A stretch of DNA of 64,000 bases from Phoronis australis (lineage: Eukaryota > Animalia > Phoronida). Each line of letters begins with the position of its first letter. Position 1 is the stretch's first letter. Where the stretch lies: positions 75,139 to 139,138 of the forward strand of contig NMRA01000201.1 in assembly GCA_002633005.1 (NCBI GenBank), read 5' to 3'. This document shows, piece by piece, positions 1-13,107 of the stretch. Both the position numbers and the translations under genes were made by a program. Below the pieces are notes generated by a model. That model was not told the DNA's origin. It worked only from the letters and a program-made list of their open reading frames with translations, and did no database searches.

Positions 1-730
1 TATTCTTTGCCACCTAGTGAGCATTTTTTAAAAATTTTCGTGTCTGTTTTTGGCGTCCATCGCTCTATCCACTAAACCGCTCTAAGGATCATTTTGAAAT
101 ATTGGTAGGTGTGTTCCTGACAGCGGCCGATATTCAGATGGGTTTGACCATGGCTGTGTCTTTTTACTGTTATGACAGCCACAGTATCTTTCATTTTTGG
201 ATAGATTCAATGTATTCTGTGCCACCGTGTGGCCATTTTAAATATTTTCAAGTCGCCTGTCTCTGAATATGTCAGACTGCTCAGAGGATAATTTTGAAAA
301 GTGGCAGTTGTATTCCTACTGATGAGAACACAAATGGCATGGATTTTCTGATGGGTCCAACTACTGTGGTGTCCCCTAGGGGCATTTTTTGCATCTGTGG
401 CTGTATCTCCTAACTACCCTTGTAAGATCTTGGAAGTTTGTCAAGTGTTTCCTATTAACTTGACAACAGGTGAACTGGTCAGACTACCACTTACCTCTTC
501 CCGATGTCTGTTTGTTTTTGTTTTTTCACATTTGCCTCTGTAATATTGGGAGCTCTGTGACTGATTTTCGTATTTAATTAATAGCTTTCTATTCAGGAGA
601 CAACGACATCTTCCCATTTTCAGATGTGTATTCTGTGCCATGTAGTGGTCATTTTTGTGATACTATTAAACACCGGCCTAGAAGCACTTCGTTTGCGGTG
701 GAGTCGTGGGTGCATTTCAATGCTCTTATG
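1..730 (+). mobile_element. 3' part of a Helentron-associated (HINE/DINE-1-like) tandem-unit element, in a PLC-gamma intron
   Basis: Degenerate ~150-bp units with GCCACCTAGTG/CCCTAGGGG cores resemble the array at 49577-51001. It ends in the same GTGGG(T/C)GCATTTCAA subterminal motif (706-720). Confidence 0.6.
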
Positions 731-870
731 ATACTTTCGTTACTACCTGTGGTGTGACTGCTTTAGGGTCCCCCCCCCCCCATTCACTCACAACTCTTAA
801 CAAGAGCAGTGAATCCACTTCGCAGACATTGGAAATTTTTCTCCTTTAACCCGAGTGTTCTTCATTTCAG

Positions 871-916
871 ACAGGAGCATGCAGATCAATCAGGGACGAT
901 TTTTGCTGAACGGGTC
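871..916 (+). CDS. PLCG1: PLC-gamma exon (Y box end)
   Basis: ttcatttcag acceptor; (D)RSMQINQGRFLLNG(S); gtaagt donor. Confidence 0.85.
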
Positions 917-3900
917 GTAAGTATTGTTCATAGAGGCATCTCCATCTTGCTCTCTAGACTTCGTGTGCATGCCTAACATAAGTGTTTATTGTCTCCAATT
1001 GAAGTCCCACACTGTGCAAATTAGGTGAAGCTGAAATTCAAACCAAACTGTACAAAGTAGGGGCGATGAAAAATTCTGTTAAAGCAATTAATGAACTCCA
1101 TTTTGTCCACGATATTATTAATGGTATTCAAAGCTGCAACAAATGGTTCCATCAAAAACATGAATGAAACCAATCTTTAAAAAGCAACAAATGGTTCCAC
1201 CTCAAAACAATGGGTTTCAAAAACGGCGCAGTGTCGGGCTTTAAAATACGATAAAACGTTAGTGAAGGGCTTGTTCGTATTGTATGCTATTCCAGGTATA
1301 AAATAAAAGCAATTAAAGGTGTTTTATTACCTTTATTAAAATCTAAATAAGCTTTACAAATTGCACATATTCATGAACCATAAATTTTTAGACAACTCTT
1401 TCCTAGATAAATGACTCGTGTGTTGTTCTTCGAAACTTTTCCCACAAACCTGGCTAATAGTCGTAAGCAGTAACCATGATTGGTAATTTTGGTCTGTCCA
1501 AAAAAGGCTGCCTATTTCTTCCACAGTGCTTCTTGGTTGACTTAAAATGTTTTAGGAAACAGTGGCCTGGGTTCATCGTTAAAAATTTCGGTATCTTTAA
1601 CAAAATGTCATTAGTAGTAATCCCTTAATCAAGCAATGTCTTTTTCTCAGGATTGGGTATGTTCTCCAACCAGAGTGCATGCACGATGAAGATTTTGACC
1701 CTTACGACCGGCGAACTCTGACAGCTGTAGACCCACTGACTGTTTCAATAAAAGTAAGTGATGAGATTCTGCATATTTCATGCTAGTTATCACAGTGGGA
1801 GCCAGCCATTTTATGCTCTTGTCACTACTGATTGGATGATGTGTCTTTTGAAGTGGACTATGATATTTTTGTGTCAAATCAGAATAGTAACACCATAGCA
1901 TATACCTAGGATTTTGCTGAAGTGACGTCACATCCCAAAGGAGACCCCATGAGGGTCTTTCAGAAAAATGTGGGTCTCTTTTGGAAAGTTTTAGCACCGC
2001 CTGTAATGCCCTCGTTTAGCCACGGGCTTTTCGTATGTTGTAAGAGAAATATTTCACTTTGTCGACACCTTGGCTACTCTAAGAGAAGTCTTCCAACCCT
2101 TCTGTTGACTAGTGACCAACTACTTCAACTAACGTGTACAGTACATGCCAAAAATATTTAATTTAACACAAAGTGACCTGGAATTCCAAGAGTGGGTAGA
2201 GGCCAAATTCATCATCACAGTGTTTTTTCTGGTGACCCAGAATGGAGGGGAATTAACAGGAATGTTAGTAAGGTGGTTAAGTCATTCTGTAATTAGTTTG
2301 TCCCACTGATAGTTATTACCAGTTATATTTGCTATTAACCGAATTAGCCATCATGGCCAAGAAGTGGGTATTTTGTCTGTTTATATTTTTCTTTTTACTG
2401 TACCAGGCTTGCAAAATGGTCCAGAAGGAGTCGCTGTGGGGTCTTTTTTAACGTTGTTTCCAAAAGACACCTGGTGGTAGATCTTTTGAAACTCCTTTGT
2501 TGTCTCCTCAATGATTGGGCAGGAGTGTATGGAAAAAAACATTCTGAGCACTTTACATGATTGATGATACAACGAAATACTTGAGTAACTTTTTATTTGC
2601 AATGAAGAAACAATAAAATGTTAATAGTGGCACAAAAAATATCAAGAAAATTAAAAGCAAAAATCTGGCTGTGTCTACTGAATTGGGATGTGAACAATTT
2701 TCAGATAATTGCCGCACGCCACCTGGTGAAGAGCGGGCGAGGTATATCGAGTCCTTTTGTTGAGGTGGAAGTGATAGGTGCTGACTATGACGCCAACAAA
2801 TACAAGACGAGTTCAAAGTGTAAGTATTGTCGTGCTAAAATTAAGCGATCATAGTGATTTGAAAATCACCAAGATGTTTGCTCAGCTGAATACCACATTT
2901 CGATCAAGGCCTGGGTTTACAAAATTACATTATGTCCCAATTATTTGCCTGGTTGTTAGTTTACTCTGTTTTATGGCTGGGTAATCAAGTTTCTGTCTCC
3001 TCAAAATGTTCATGTCAAATCCTTGGTGGGCTAAATTATTAACACTACTCCCATGTTCCATGTGAAGCTGCTTTCTAATTTGAATCTTTTTTGCAGAATT
3101 ACCTGCACAAAGAAAATAAATGTTATGAAGTTGTGGGGAAAATTGTGAGCTTCGATTCTTGGCTTTATTATTGAGGAATGACCACTAGTTACATATAGCT
3201 TGTAATTTCTATTTCGAGATATTCTGATTCAGTTGTTTTGAGGACAAAGTTATAGTACTTTTCAAGGAAAGTTGACAAAATTTCTTCAGATTGGAAGTCA
3301 GGAAGATTTTGAAGACCATTTTTCAACAATTTTCCAAACAATACATTGTTATATTTGGTCTGGTTTTTGTCTGCAACAAAGCCAGATAAATTTTGTCAAA
3401 TTTCGTCCACTCTTTTTGAAAATTATAATTTAAACCTTTTATATATAGCTGACAATGGTCTCAACCCTGTATGGAATGACACCTGTGAGTTTGACATCGC
3501 TAACCCGGACATGGCGCTTATACGGTTCTGTGTCAATGACCTTGACATGTTCAACGACCCCAACTTTTTGGGACAGGCAACCTTCCCAGTCAAGAATATG
3601 CGCACAGGTGCGTGATGTCTTGAAGTTCTTAATTCATTTTGCGAACTTAAGGTTACGTACGTTTGTGTATTTAGCCATATAATAGTTATACTCAGTAAAT
3701 TATTTATTTTCTGGAAGTAGAAAGCCTGCACAATATGATTTTTGACTTTGTACCAAGATGTCATGAATTATGTCACTTGACCATGTGTTAGAAAAATTTA
3801 CTAAAAGAGAAACTTAAGGTACATTCAAAACAACTGCATCAATAACGTGTCCCTAATTTTGTTTGGTGTAAAGGTTCAAGATGAGATCTCAAAATGGCTG

Positions 3901-6279
3901 TTACAGTTTTGTAAATTATTATTTTCTGCAACTTTTAATTTTTTCTCACTTTTGAGAACAGTCCATTTTGTAATTTGTGTACTTCATGTGAATCCGATTA
4001 ACCATTTCTGAGATTTAGTGTTCAGAAATTAACCACATTTGGACATTTTCAAGAGTCCTAAGTAACCTTAAGGATTAATTAATGTTTACATTGTGTAACT
4101 TAATTAAATCAGTTTTTGTGAAACTTGTTTACATTTTGTAACTTGTTGTGTTCTCTCTGTCACCTCATAATGCTTTTTGCCTGCATATCTCCGGCTACTG
4201 TTCATCTTTGATTACAAGGTCTGTAATTGTGAACTTTGATCTTTTAAGCCTCCGTCAGACAGCATGATAACATTTGGACTATACTTAGTAATGATGCACA
4301 GTTAGTATATAAGCCTACCCTGGCGATTGATGATAGAAAATGCGAGTTGAAGGCTTTTTATACTACTTCATTATTAATGAAACAAAAAATTTAGTTTTCA
4401 GGACCATGGGAATGCAATTACCTCTGTTGCTGCCAAGTGCGATTTTCGTTCTTGATCTAGTTAATCCAAATTTCATGTTAGATGATAACAGTTAAATGAT
4501 ATTATCAGATGAGTTTTTCATCAAATCTGCGAAAGTCATTTTTTTTTTCACCATCTTTTAGCAAATTTGTGGATCGCCTCTAAATTGTCCAACATGTTCA
4601 GTCGACTGAAATTCAAAACAGTTCCGATTCAGGATTCTAGTTTGAAATGTCACGTGTCAGACATGCACCTCAAAATTTAATTGACATTGGTAAATGCAAT
4701 TTGCAATTCCCTAAAACTTGGCTGTAACAGAGTTGAAGCTGTATTTCATCCGATTCAGCTGGCTAAAAACAAAAATTGAATTGGGCTGTTTACTCTCATA
4801 AAATCAGTCTGTCTCTCGTGAGGTATCTTGCTGTGACAGGATTCTGTTTTCGTTACCAAGAACAACACAAGCAATTTGTACAAGCCACATTTTCGAATTT
4901 GAAATTTTAGGGTTGGCCAAGCCTTGTACAGTAATAGAATCCTATCACAGTAAGGATTATTACCAGACCGATTGTATGAGAGTAAAAGGCCTAATTCAAC
5001 TTTCATTTTTCAGCCAGCTAAACAGGGCGATATGCAGCTTGAAATTGCTTTTACATTATGTTGTGAGGATTATAACTCAATAAGAAATGCTGTGACCTCC
5101 TGAACCAGACATGGTATGTGGAATAAATGGATGTCCCGCCGTGTACGAAGACCAGCCCATTCACATGTCATTATGATTACAGGTTACAGATCAGTGCCCT
5201 TAAAGAATGGTTACAGTGTGGAGCAGGAGCTGGCCTCACTCTTGATACATATAGATATGCACAACCCCAAGGTAATGATATCGTTGAAGTTATAGTCAGC
5301 GCTGAGCTGGTGGGTTAAAAATGGCTAAAGTCAAAGTAACATAAATAAGAAGCAACCACAGTATAACCTTAGAAGAACAATAAGCATTGACTTGCCATAG
5401 TTTACGACTCAATTCAAGTCAAACCGCTCTGTAATATTGTATTAACATTGCTAAATATAGCTTTAGATATAGTTCATGACCAAAATGACACACAATTCTG
5501 CATCGTCATGACTCACCGCAGGCGGAACTCCTCTTCTTAAATTAACTGATTCTATATAATAGTGGTCACGTTGAAAATCATCCCTGGAATTTGTCTCTCA
5601 AACTTATTTTTTCTCTGAGGTTTTCAATCGTATCCATCAGGTATGCTTGCTAACACACATCTTCTATTGGTGAAAATTAATCTTGCACTTTCAGTTGCTC
5701 TATATGCACCTGATGTGTCAGGTATTGCAACGAATATTGATGGTTTTATTTGATTCATATTTAGTTTTGCCGTTCTGTTGTGATTTTGATTTACTTTTTG
5801 GAGACCTCGCTGATTGAAGAGTTTTGGGGTCTCTGTTAACCAGGGGCATTGTGTTTAAATTACTGTGAACACCATCTATCATATTCTGACATATATCCAC
5901 TAACCACAGTAGCACTGCATGTCACAGTCATGAGTTGATTTGTAGTCAAAAACGAGATTGGAAGATCATCGAATTTCCCTACAAGTGATACACAAATTAA
6001 AATTCAGGAGACTGGTAACTGTAGTGCGATTGGCTAATAACAATGATAACAATTCCTGAATAATACGTAGAACAATCAACATCATTATTGCTGATCTTGT
6101 ATGTTTGTCTAGGAGGGAGAAGATAGTGAGATGTACGCGTCCATCCAAGAGATGCGAGATCGAGCTCATGAGTTACAACTCCAGCGTAATGCTGACCCTG
6201 AGTGTTCAACAGATATCGACCGGGAGCTGCACTCATTGGAACAGGAGATACTCAACAAAAACGCAGCGCGAAGGAAAAG
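871..6279 (+). CDS. PLCG1: Phospholipase C gamma, 3' part (Y box end, C2 domain, tail); join(871..916,1651..1753,2705..2819,3449..3607,5183..5271,6113..6279)
   Basis: All introns are GT-AG with compatible phases. The spliced peptide DRSMQINQGRFLLNGSIGYVLQPECMHDEDFDPYD...IIAARHLVKSGRGISSPFVEVEVIGADYD...[77 protein letters not shown] matches the PLC-gamma Y-C2 region. The 5' part lies outside the window. Confidence 0.93.
1651..1753 (+). CDS. PLCG1: PLC-gamma exon
   Basis: tttttctcag acceptor; IGYVLQPECMHDEDFDPYDRRTLTAVDPLTVSIK; gtaagt donor. Confidence 0.9.
2705..2819 (+). CDS. PLCG1: PLC-gamma exon (C2 domain)
   Basis: IIAARHLVKSGRGISSPFVEVEVIGADYDANKYKTSSK; AG/GT boundaries. Confidence 0.92.
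3449..3607 (+). CDS. PLCG1: PLC-gamma exon (C2 domain)
   Basis: [52 protein letters not shown]. Confidence 0.92.
4735..5040. mobile_element. MITE-like element with long imperfect inverted ends
   Basis: CAGCTGGCTAAAAAC...TTTACTCTCATAAAATCAGTCTG (4756-4810) pairs with CAGACCGATTGTATGAGAGTAAA...TTCAGCCAGCT (4964-5019). Confidence 0.6.
5183..5271 (+). CDS. PLCG1: PLC-gamma exon (C2 end)
   Basis: [32 protein letters not shown]/GT boundaries. Confidence 0.92.
6113..6279 (+). CDS. PLCG1: PLC-gamma exon (C-terminal charged, helical tail)
   Basis: Open and in phase: EGEDSEMYASIQEMRDRAHELQLQRNADPECSTDIDRELHSLEQEILNKNAARRK; gtgagt donor. Confidence 0.75.
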
Positions 6280-6920
6280 GTGAGTGAGTGCCGAGACTTG
6301 TTGTTCACTAGGTGGAGCTGATGAAGAAAGGACCGTCTGTCATGTGGATTGTAGAGTGAGGATACACGGGATCGTAGTTTTATGTGACTGCCTATTTGGC
6401 AGATGGCTGTTTCAGTGAAGCCATTTGATGATTTTTCGAACTCATCCTTGGACCAGTTTGTGTTTGCATGACATTTAACATCAATTTTTTATAGCAGCCA
6501 TTAATATTTGCCTCTGGCTCCATTCACAGTTGTCGCCATTTTTAGGATTGTGCAAAGTGATCGGTTTATTCATCCCAATCAAAAAGTTATATACATGGTT
6601 ATAATTATAAATGAATCCTCATGAGTTAAAGTTCTACAAATTTGACTCATTCATACTTAAGCAAACTATTTTTTGCTTACCCTCTTGATGCAGATACTGA
6701 TATATAGCCTGTTTGTTCCTGATTTTTTGGCTTTTTTCTAGCAGTTCATATTTAAAAATAAAATTTCTCATAAAAATGGTCATTTCAGTCGAAAGGGTAG
6801 ACCTCGGGGACTCAGCTCTGGTGATCAAGCCGCTCTCAACGGTCGCTTTTGAGATGGAAAGTAGGACACAGTGATTGTCATGGTGATGTGCCGTCAACCA
6901 ATCAAATTAGTGAACCGTTT

Positions 6921-7567
6921 CATCTGAGTCGAGACTTTTTCTGGTGCCTTGCAATGTCTGTTCAACTTGATCAACGGAATTTGTTTACATGTTTGGTAAA
7001 AATAATCCTGTATCGGTGACAACACAGTTAATAATATGTCGAGTACCGTTTAGCTAATATGACTATGGCCTTAGGACATCCCGTTTCACCTAACGGCCCC
7101 TGATTTAATTTTGCAATCCCAGAAAAATGGTGAGCTTTGAAATAAGGCAAGTTGGCATGTCTGTGATTTTTGTGGTGATATTGTGGTCAGAATGGAGCTC
7201 ATAGATATTTTTTACTTCATAGAGCACTCTATTCTTACTTTATNCATCTGAGTTGAGACTTTTTCTGGTGCCTTGCAATGTCTGTTCAACTTGATAAACG
7301 GAATTTGTTTACATGTTTGGTAAAAATAATCCTGTATCGGTGACAACACAGTTAATAATATGTCGAGTACCGTTTAGCTAATATGACTATGGCCTTAGGA
7401 CATCCCGTTTCACCTAACGGCCCCTGATTTAATTTTGCAATCCCAGAAAAATGGTGAGCTTTGAAATAAGGCAAGTTGGCATGTCTGTGATTTTTGTGGT
7501 GATATTGTGGTCAGAATGGAGCTCATAGATATTTTTTACTTCATAGAGCACTCTATTCTTACTTTAT
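6921..7567. repeat. ~323-bp tandem duplication across a single N (probable unmerged contig/haplotype overlap)
   Basis: 6921-7243 is repeated at 7245-7567 with about 2 substitutions; the N at 7244 sits exactly at the junction. Confidence 0.85.
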
Positions 7568-9925
7568 CTTTTTTGAAATTGCGTCATATTTCACCTGCCT
7601 AGGCCATGCTCAATGAAATTTTAAACTGTGGACTTTTAATGAAGCCACATTGGCAAGACATCAGGGTTGGAAATCTTTGCAAACTTGCTACAAAGCTCCA
7701 GTGTTGGAGTTGTGCTGTTTTGAAATCATGTTGATGACATCAGTGAAGCTGTGTCATGTGATCGGAAGCAGTGTTGCTTATATAGGTCGTTTGATTTGTT
7801 AGAGTATATTTTTGCACCAGGCTTGTCTGTACGTTATGCCAATACACATGTTGTATACCTGTTTTTTGTGTTATGAAAATTGCCAAAAACCTTAAAGGGA
7901 CATTTTCAACAGATTTCTTGTTGTGCCAAAGGTCTAACTGAAGAATTTTACTAATGCAAGGTGGCGCTAATTAAGAAATTGAGCTCTGGGTCCTAGGCGA
8001 TCTGAATACATGAATTCCCACATGCAGCATTAGTATGGTAAAATCTGTCCTATTAATAGCGCAGCACGGCCAAGAAGTGAAATTTTATTTTTCCCATGCA
8101 ACGTATGCGGTAGAAAATTAAATGGTTTGTAATGTTCAAGTTTTGTATCGCACCTACCACTAGACAAAGTTTTAAAAAATTGTGAGTATTCACAACTAAG
8201 TGAGAAGCTCCTGAAAAAGAAAAAAGAGTGATTTTGGCAACTATTTTTGCCGGAGATTGGTGAGATTTCACCATACTTAATAAGTGTCAAATGTTGGTAA
8301 CTGCAAAATTGAAAATGAATTCAAATTTTCCTAGAACGTCATATAATGGACAGGTTTAATTTACAATAAGATATCCTTTATTTAGTAGCTTAAATGAACA
8401 TTAATTGCCTCAGATAATCAACAGAAGATCCGGCTGCCTCTTTTACCTTATTTTCTTTGGCCTGGCCCAGTATCCTTCCTGCAATCCCGTCAAAATATTC
8501 AAGTATACTGTTTGTAACACACACGAATCAGTATTGTTCCCCAATGATATTGTAGGTTCAGTTGGACCTGTTATCACCATGTGGCAGTATTAAGGAAAGT
8601 TATTGTACTTAACAAGGGGTTAGGTTGTACTTGATCAGTGCAGCAGACGTGTTTTTGTAATCTCTAGTAGTTCTATGTTTTGTACACTTGTTATAATTGC
8701 CCGTTGCACATTTAGGCTTCGATAAGTTAGCTGTACGCAGGAATGCACGGAAATTCTTGAAGCTTTTGTTACACCGGTGGATCTAGGATGTCGTAGAGGA
8801 GGGCCATCTACAATTCTCAATTAAGGAATAATTCTGTGTGTATTCCTAAAAATGTTATGCCGATGGCATCTTTCGTTCATGTCCAAAGGAGCAATATAGG
8901 CCTCCCTCCTAAATTTGCATGTGTATTGCATTATTAAGTATTGCAACTGTAAACCAGTGTTTGGTCAAAGAAATTAAACTCTGATTCAGACTGGTTGTCG
9001 CTGGTCTTCACTTGTTTCTTTCTCAGATGATAAGTGGTTTGTGGGCTTGGAAGGAACTGAGCCTGTTCATGCTTAAAATCATGCTCAACACAGAAAATTA
9101 CACGCCATGACAACCCAAGTTTTAGAGCCTGGTTTTAAGCAATGGCAAATTGTCAGTTCTGCTCAGGCTTGGAAATCACCTCGTTTGACTAAGGAACAAT
9201 TTGAGACCAGTTTCATGACACTATGGCAGGTTTGTAATTACTACTGTTCTAAAGATTTCCCCCGGGTGATTTAGAAGGTAATCTCTTCGTAACTGGTTGA
9301 CTTAATCGTACATGTACTAAATTATAAAAGGAGTACTTATACCATGTAGTCAGTGGATTTGGCTTATGACTAGTTTCTGGTTTCATTTTTGTTTCTGAAA
9401 TGAAATGAATCTTCTCTTGTAACCCAATGAGTCGAACTGGTTTATAATGAACCTTGCATGACGTTTCTAAAATGTTCGTCATAACTGAAGTTTACTTGAA
9501 AGGATACCAAACCCAGTTATGGTCTAGATACTGATAACGATTTTACCATCCAGTTCTCAGAAACGAAATAATGCTCTGTAACCCTCGACAACTCTCAAAG
9601 TTTGGAGGAAAATTTGAAAACTCCTTTCAAAGTCTGTTAAACGGGCTAGTGTGACCTATGCTTTTAGCGAATTACATGGCAACTTTGGGCACCCATTCTG
9701 TGACATACGAGTGTTAAGTTAATTCCTGTCTTTTACTTGGGAGATTGATGTCAATAATGCATTAGTAGACGACGGAACAAAATGATGCATTAGTGGGTGC
9801 CCGAACGAGTAATGGTGGAAATCATTAAGACAGAGTTTAGTATCCTTTTAGCTAAAGTCAACTTGTAGAGTGGTACAGAAACCAGGCTCTTTGTAACCAT
9901 GTTTGTCCCTATTCTTTTTTTTCAG

Positions 9926-9938
9926 TGTCCACCATTAG
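9926..9938 (+). CDS. PLCG1: Candidate terminal coding exon of PLC-gamma (..S-V-H-H-stop)
   Basis: Strong polypyrimidine acceptor attcttttttttcag; in-phase TAG; ATTAAA and AATAAA at about 10168-10300. Confidence 0.4.
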
Positions 9939-12050
9939 ATGACAATGCTATCTCAGAATAGATAATTGAACTGTAAGAAGAAATTCCCTCATTTGTTCAT
10001 ATCGATATGGGCTTGTTGGAAGAATGAGCAATAGAGAATGTGTGTGATGGAGGGAAATAGTTTACTAGTAATTCTTGCGTGATGCTTTATCCAATCCATC
10101 TGTTATTTATCCAAGCAAATTTTGTAGACAGCTGTTGAGTGACCTATAAATTGTGCAATTGCGTTTATTAAAGTGAAGTAAATTTTTGTAATCTTGGTTT
10201 TCCGATTAGATTTATTTAAAATACAGTTTCCTTCATTAAAAAATCCTTGAAACAAATTTTAATGCATCTAACTTAATCAAATCTTATTCCTTTAAATAAA
10301 CAAAATTGTAGTTAGTGGCCGCTGGCCTCAAAATGAGTTCTGGGTATAGTGTCTACAGATCAGAACCAAGTGAAAGCTTTTTAGGCCTCATCACAGAAGT
10401 GTCAACAAGGGCACACATTCATTATGACACTAGCAAAGGTCTGGGAAGATTTCCATTGACCCAAAACACTAGCACAATTCAAGACACTAACACACGTCTG
10501 GGCAGAGTTCCATTGACCAAAGACAAAAGCACAATTTTCTTAATTTATTAAACACTAATTTTCATGCATAACAATTTTCACATTCCAGGATAAACGCATT
10601 AAGTGAAATATCTGGTGAAGGCAGAGAAGGTTTTGACAAATACCATGACAGTGAAATTTTTTCACATTTTGTGACATAAATACCATTAATTTGGTGGTAC
10701 AATAAAATTTAACTTGTTGGTAAAACCGTGTCCAAAATTGGTGACATTTTAACATACACAAGCTTAGCAAATTTTGTGCTGTCTTGACGGAAAACAATAG
10801 TACAGATGCAAATAAAACTTGATCACATCACATTTATTAAAGAGGCATGGAATGTGAAAGATCGTCAAAAATATCTTACCAGCAAATAATTCCTGATGAA
10901 AGTACCATCTCGCAACGTCTAGTAGAGTAATTCACTTTCCCCTATAAGGAAATTTCCAGAAAAAAATCGGAAACTCACGATTTTTGAAATACGTGCGAAG
11001 GAAAAACTGGTTACCACAGAGTTTCTAATCTCCGATCCACTTATGATAAATGTGCACACGCTTGAAGTCACATTTTCCATATAAGGGAAATGCGCTATAC
11101 GTATATCTTGCCATAACAAATAAGGTGACATGCTTTGCCTTGTGGGAGAAAAATCAACAAAATGGCGAGCAGTTAACATATCGTTTTTTTTTGAAATTTG
11201 AAACTACAAGAAAATGCTTTGACATGGACAGAAATCAAAAATATTTATGAACAAACACTAAAAATAACGTGAGCAGGTTGAATTCTTTTTAGTGGCAGAT
11301 AACCACTTTCAATATTGTAATTTAGTCTGTTTATCGCAATCCATGCCTCTTTAATAGGAGAAATGCCTTTCAGACAGCAATGACCAATAATTACGGCAAA
11401 GATTATCCAATTTGGAACAATGAAAAATTAATTATTTGGCTCAAGGTCGGAGTTTGTCACAAATTCAAGAACCACCTGAAAGATAGCAAAACTACCCACT
11501 CTGCAAAATTTGAGAAATATTGTGAACGCCAAAATTGCCCAGATCTCAAATTGCAACATGAAGAAAATTTATATTGTTGAGAAAGTTTTTTCGTTATCCA
11601 AATTAGGGAATTTTTACCGTAAACTGAAGAGAAAAATATCACCGAAATGCGACTGAGTCATTGCTATTTTACAAGGTTTTCTGCATAAACACAAGTAACG
11701 GGATTCAGAAAAAATTCAGAGTAGAATCTCGTCGAAATGAGATATCAATGACATTGACAAGCCGGTAATCACCTTTGAGACAGCACACTCTAGACTATAC
11801 AGAAAAGACCCGATTGTTTGGAGCACGGGTAATACGATAAAAATTCTTCGTTTTGTCAAATTTCTCAATAACTTTGGGAAAATTTGCTTTTAAGAAAATT
11901 TTGCATGGTGTAGCTATTACCAAACAACATTTTGGTAAGTTTTGAGCATTTTCAATAATATTCAGCCTATGAAAATAGAAATATGGCAATTTTAGCAATT
12001 ACTAGTAGTTGTGTCCCAAATTCGTTACACTCCCTTAGGGAAAATGGCTC

Positions 12051-12455
12051 ATGTACATGTGCAAACACACATACAAAATAGTGCATGTTCCTGGTCCTGT
12101 GAACAAAGCGGCCATTCTCAGTCATTTGCCACCGTCTGAAACTGTTGCCACGGAGACCAATCACACAGATTTTGTGTACTCTATGATCGTAGAAATGGCT
12201 CCTGCGGTAACCACTGCCAAACACATCGAACGAGAGTCGGCAAGAGATGCAACTCTGTCAAAAGTGAGACACACAGTTCTTTCAGATGACTGGTTAGTTA
12301 TATGCTACCATGTACAAAGCTCTGAAAGACAGGTTTTGAGTTGTTGGCTAGGTTGTTCTGAGAGGAAACAAAATTGTGTTGCCTCAATCACTGTGGTCTC
12401 AATCAATTAAATTCTTGGGTCATGAGGGACATCAGGGTATCGTTAGGACCACTCG
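12051..12455 (+). mobile_element. Gypsy-type pol fragment (RNase H end to integrase zinc finger), degenerate
   Basis: YKIVHVPGPVNKAAILSHLP...IERESARDATLSKV...W, then KIVLPQSL and HEGHQGIVRT in shifted frames. Confidence 0.75.
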
Positions 12456-12459
12456 TCAT

Positions 12460-12710
12460 TATGGAACGATTCTGATTTTATGCAAAGAAAACAACTCGAG
12501 AATGAACATGTGCGTGATTACGTGGCCGAGCTGAAAAACTTGAGCAGAAATTGTAACTCCATGGATAATCTGGAGGAATGCTTAAGTGATGAGCTGGTTG
12601 TGGGACTCCAGAATGGAGCCATACAGAAACGTTTACTAGGAATGAGGGCACTGACTTTCTAAGGTGCAGGGGACACAGCTGTCTCCATGGAGTTGGCAGT
12701 GTGGTGACAA
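12460..12710 (+). mobile_element. Gypsy-type gag fragment
   Basis: RKQLENEHVRDYVAELKNLSRNCN...LEECLSDELVVGLQNGAIQKRLL, a typical retrotransposon gag motif. Confidence 0.75.
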
Positions 12711-13107
12711 CCACAAAGCGCAGCAGTGTAGTTTCATGGATGCTGAATACTTCCATATCAAACAGTAGGTTTGTGAGTCAGTAGGAAGGATCAATGCAAC
12801 TTCAAATTGACCTTCAATGGGGGTAGTAGAAAGCAAGATATCAGGAAGCGAATCAGTCGGACCCTGGCCACAGCACATCGTGACATTAAACAATTAGAAC
12901 AGAAAACAACTAAAAACACGTCAAGTGAAAACTACGAAAGCTGAATCAATGATTGAGATCAAGAACCAATCCATCAAAATAACCCCCCGGCCCCTAGAAG
13001 TAAAACAGAACACGACATACAAGCCACTGGTCTGACACCTAAAAGAGGGAACAGAGTTAAAAGACAAATTCTGCTTGGCAACACGCTTATAGCTGAGCTC
13101 AAAGAAG

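Noticed and set aside
10430-10540. Two ~60-bp direct repeats within a 78-aa ORF
   Set aside because: Short local duplication with no coding or structural evidence.
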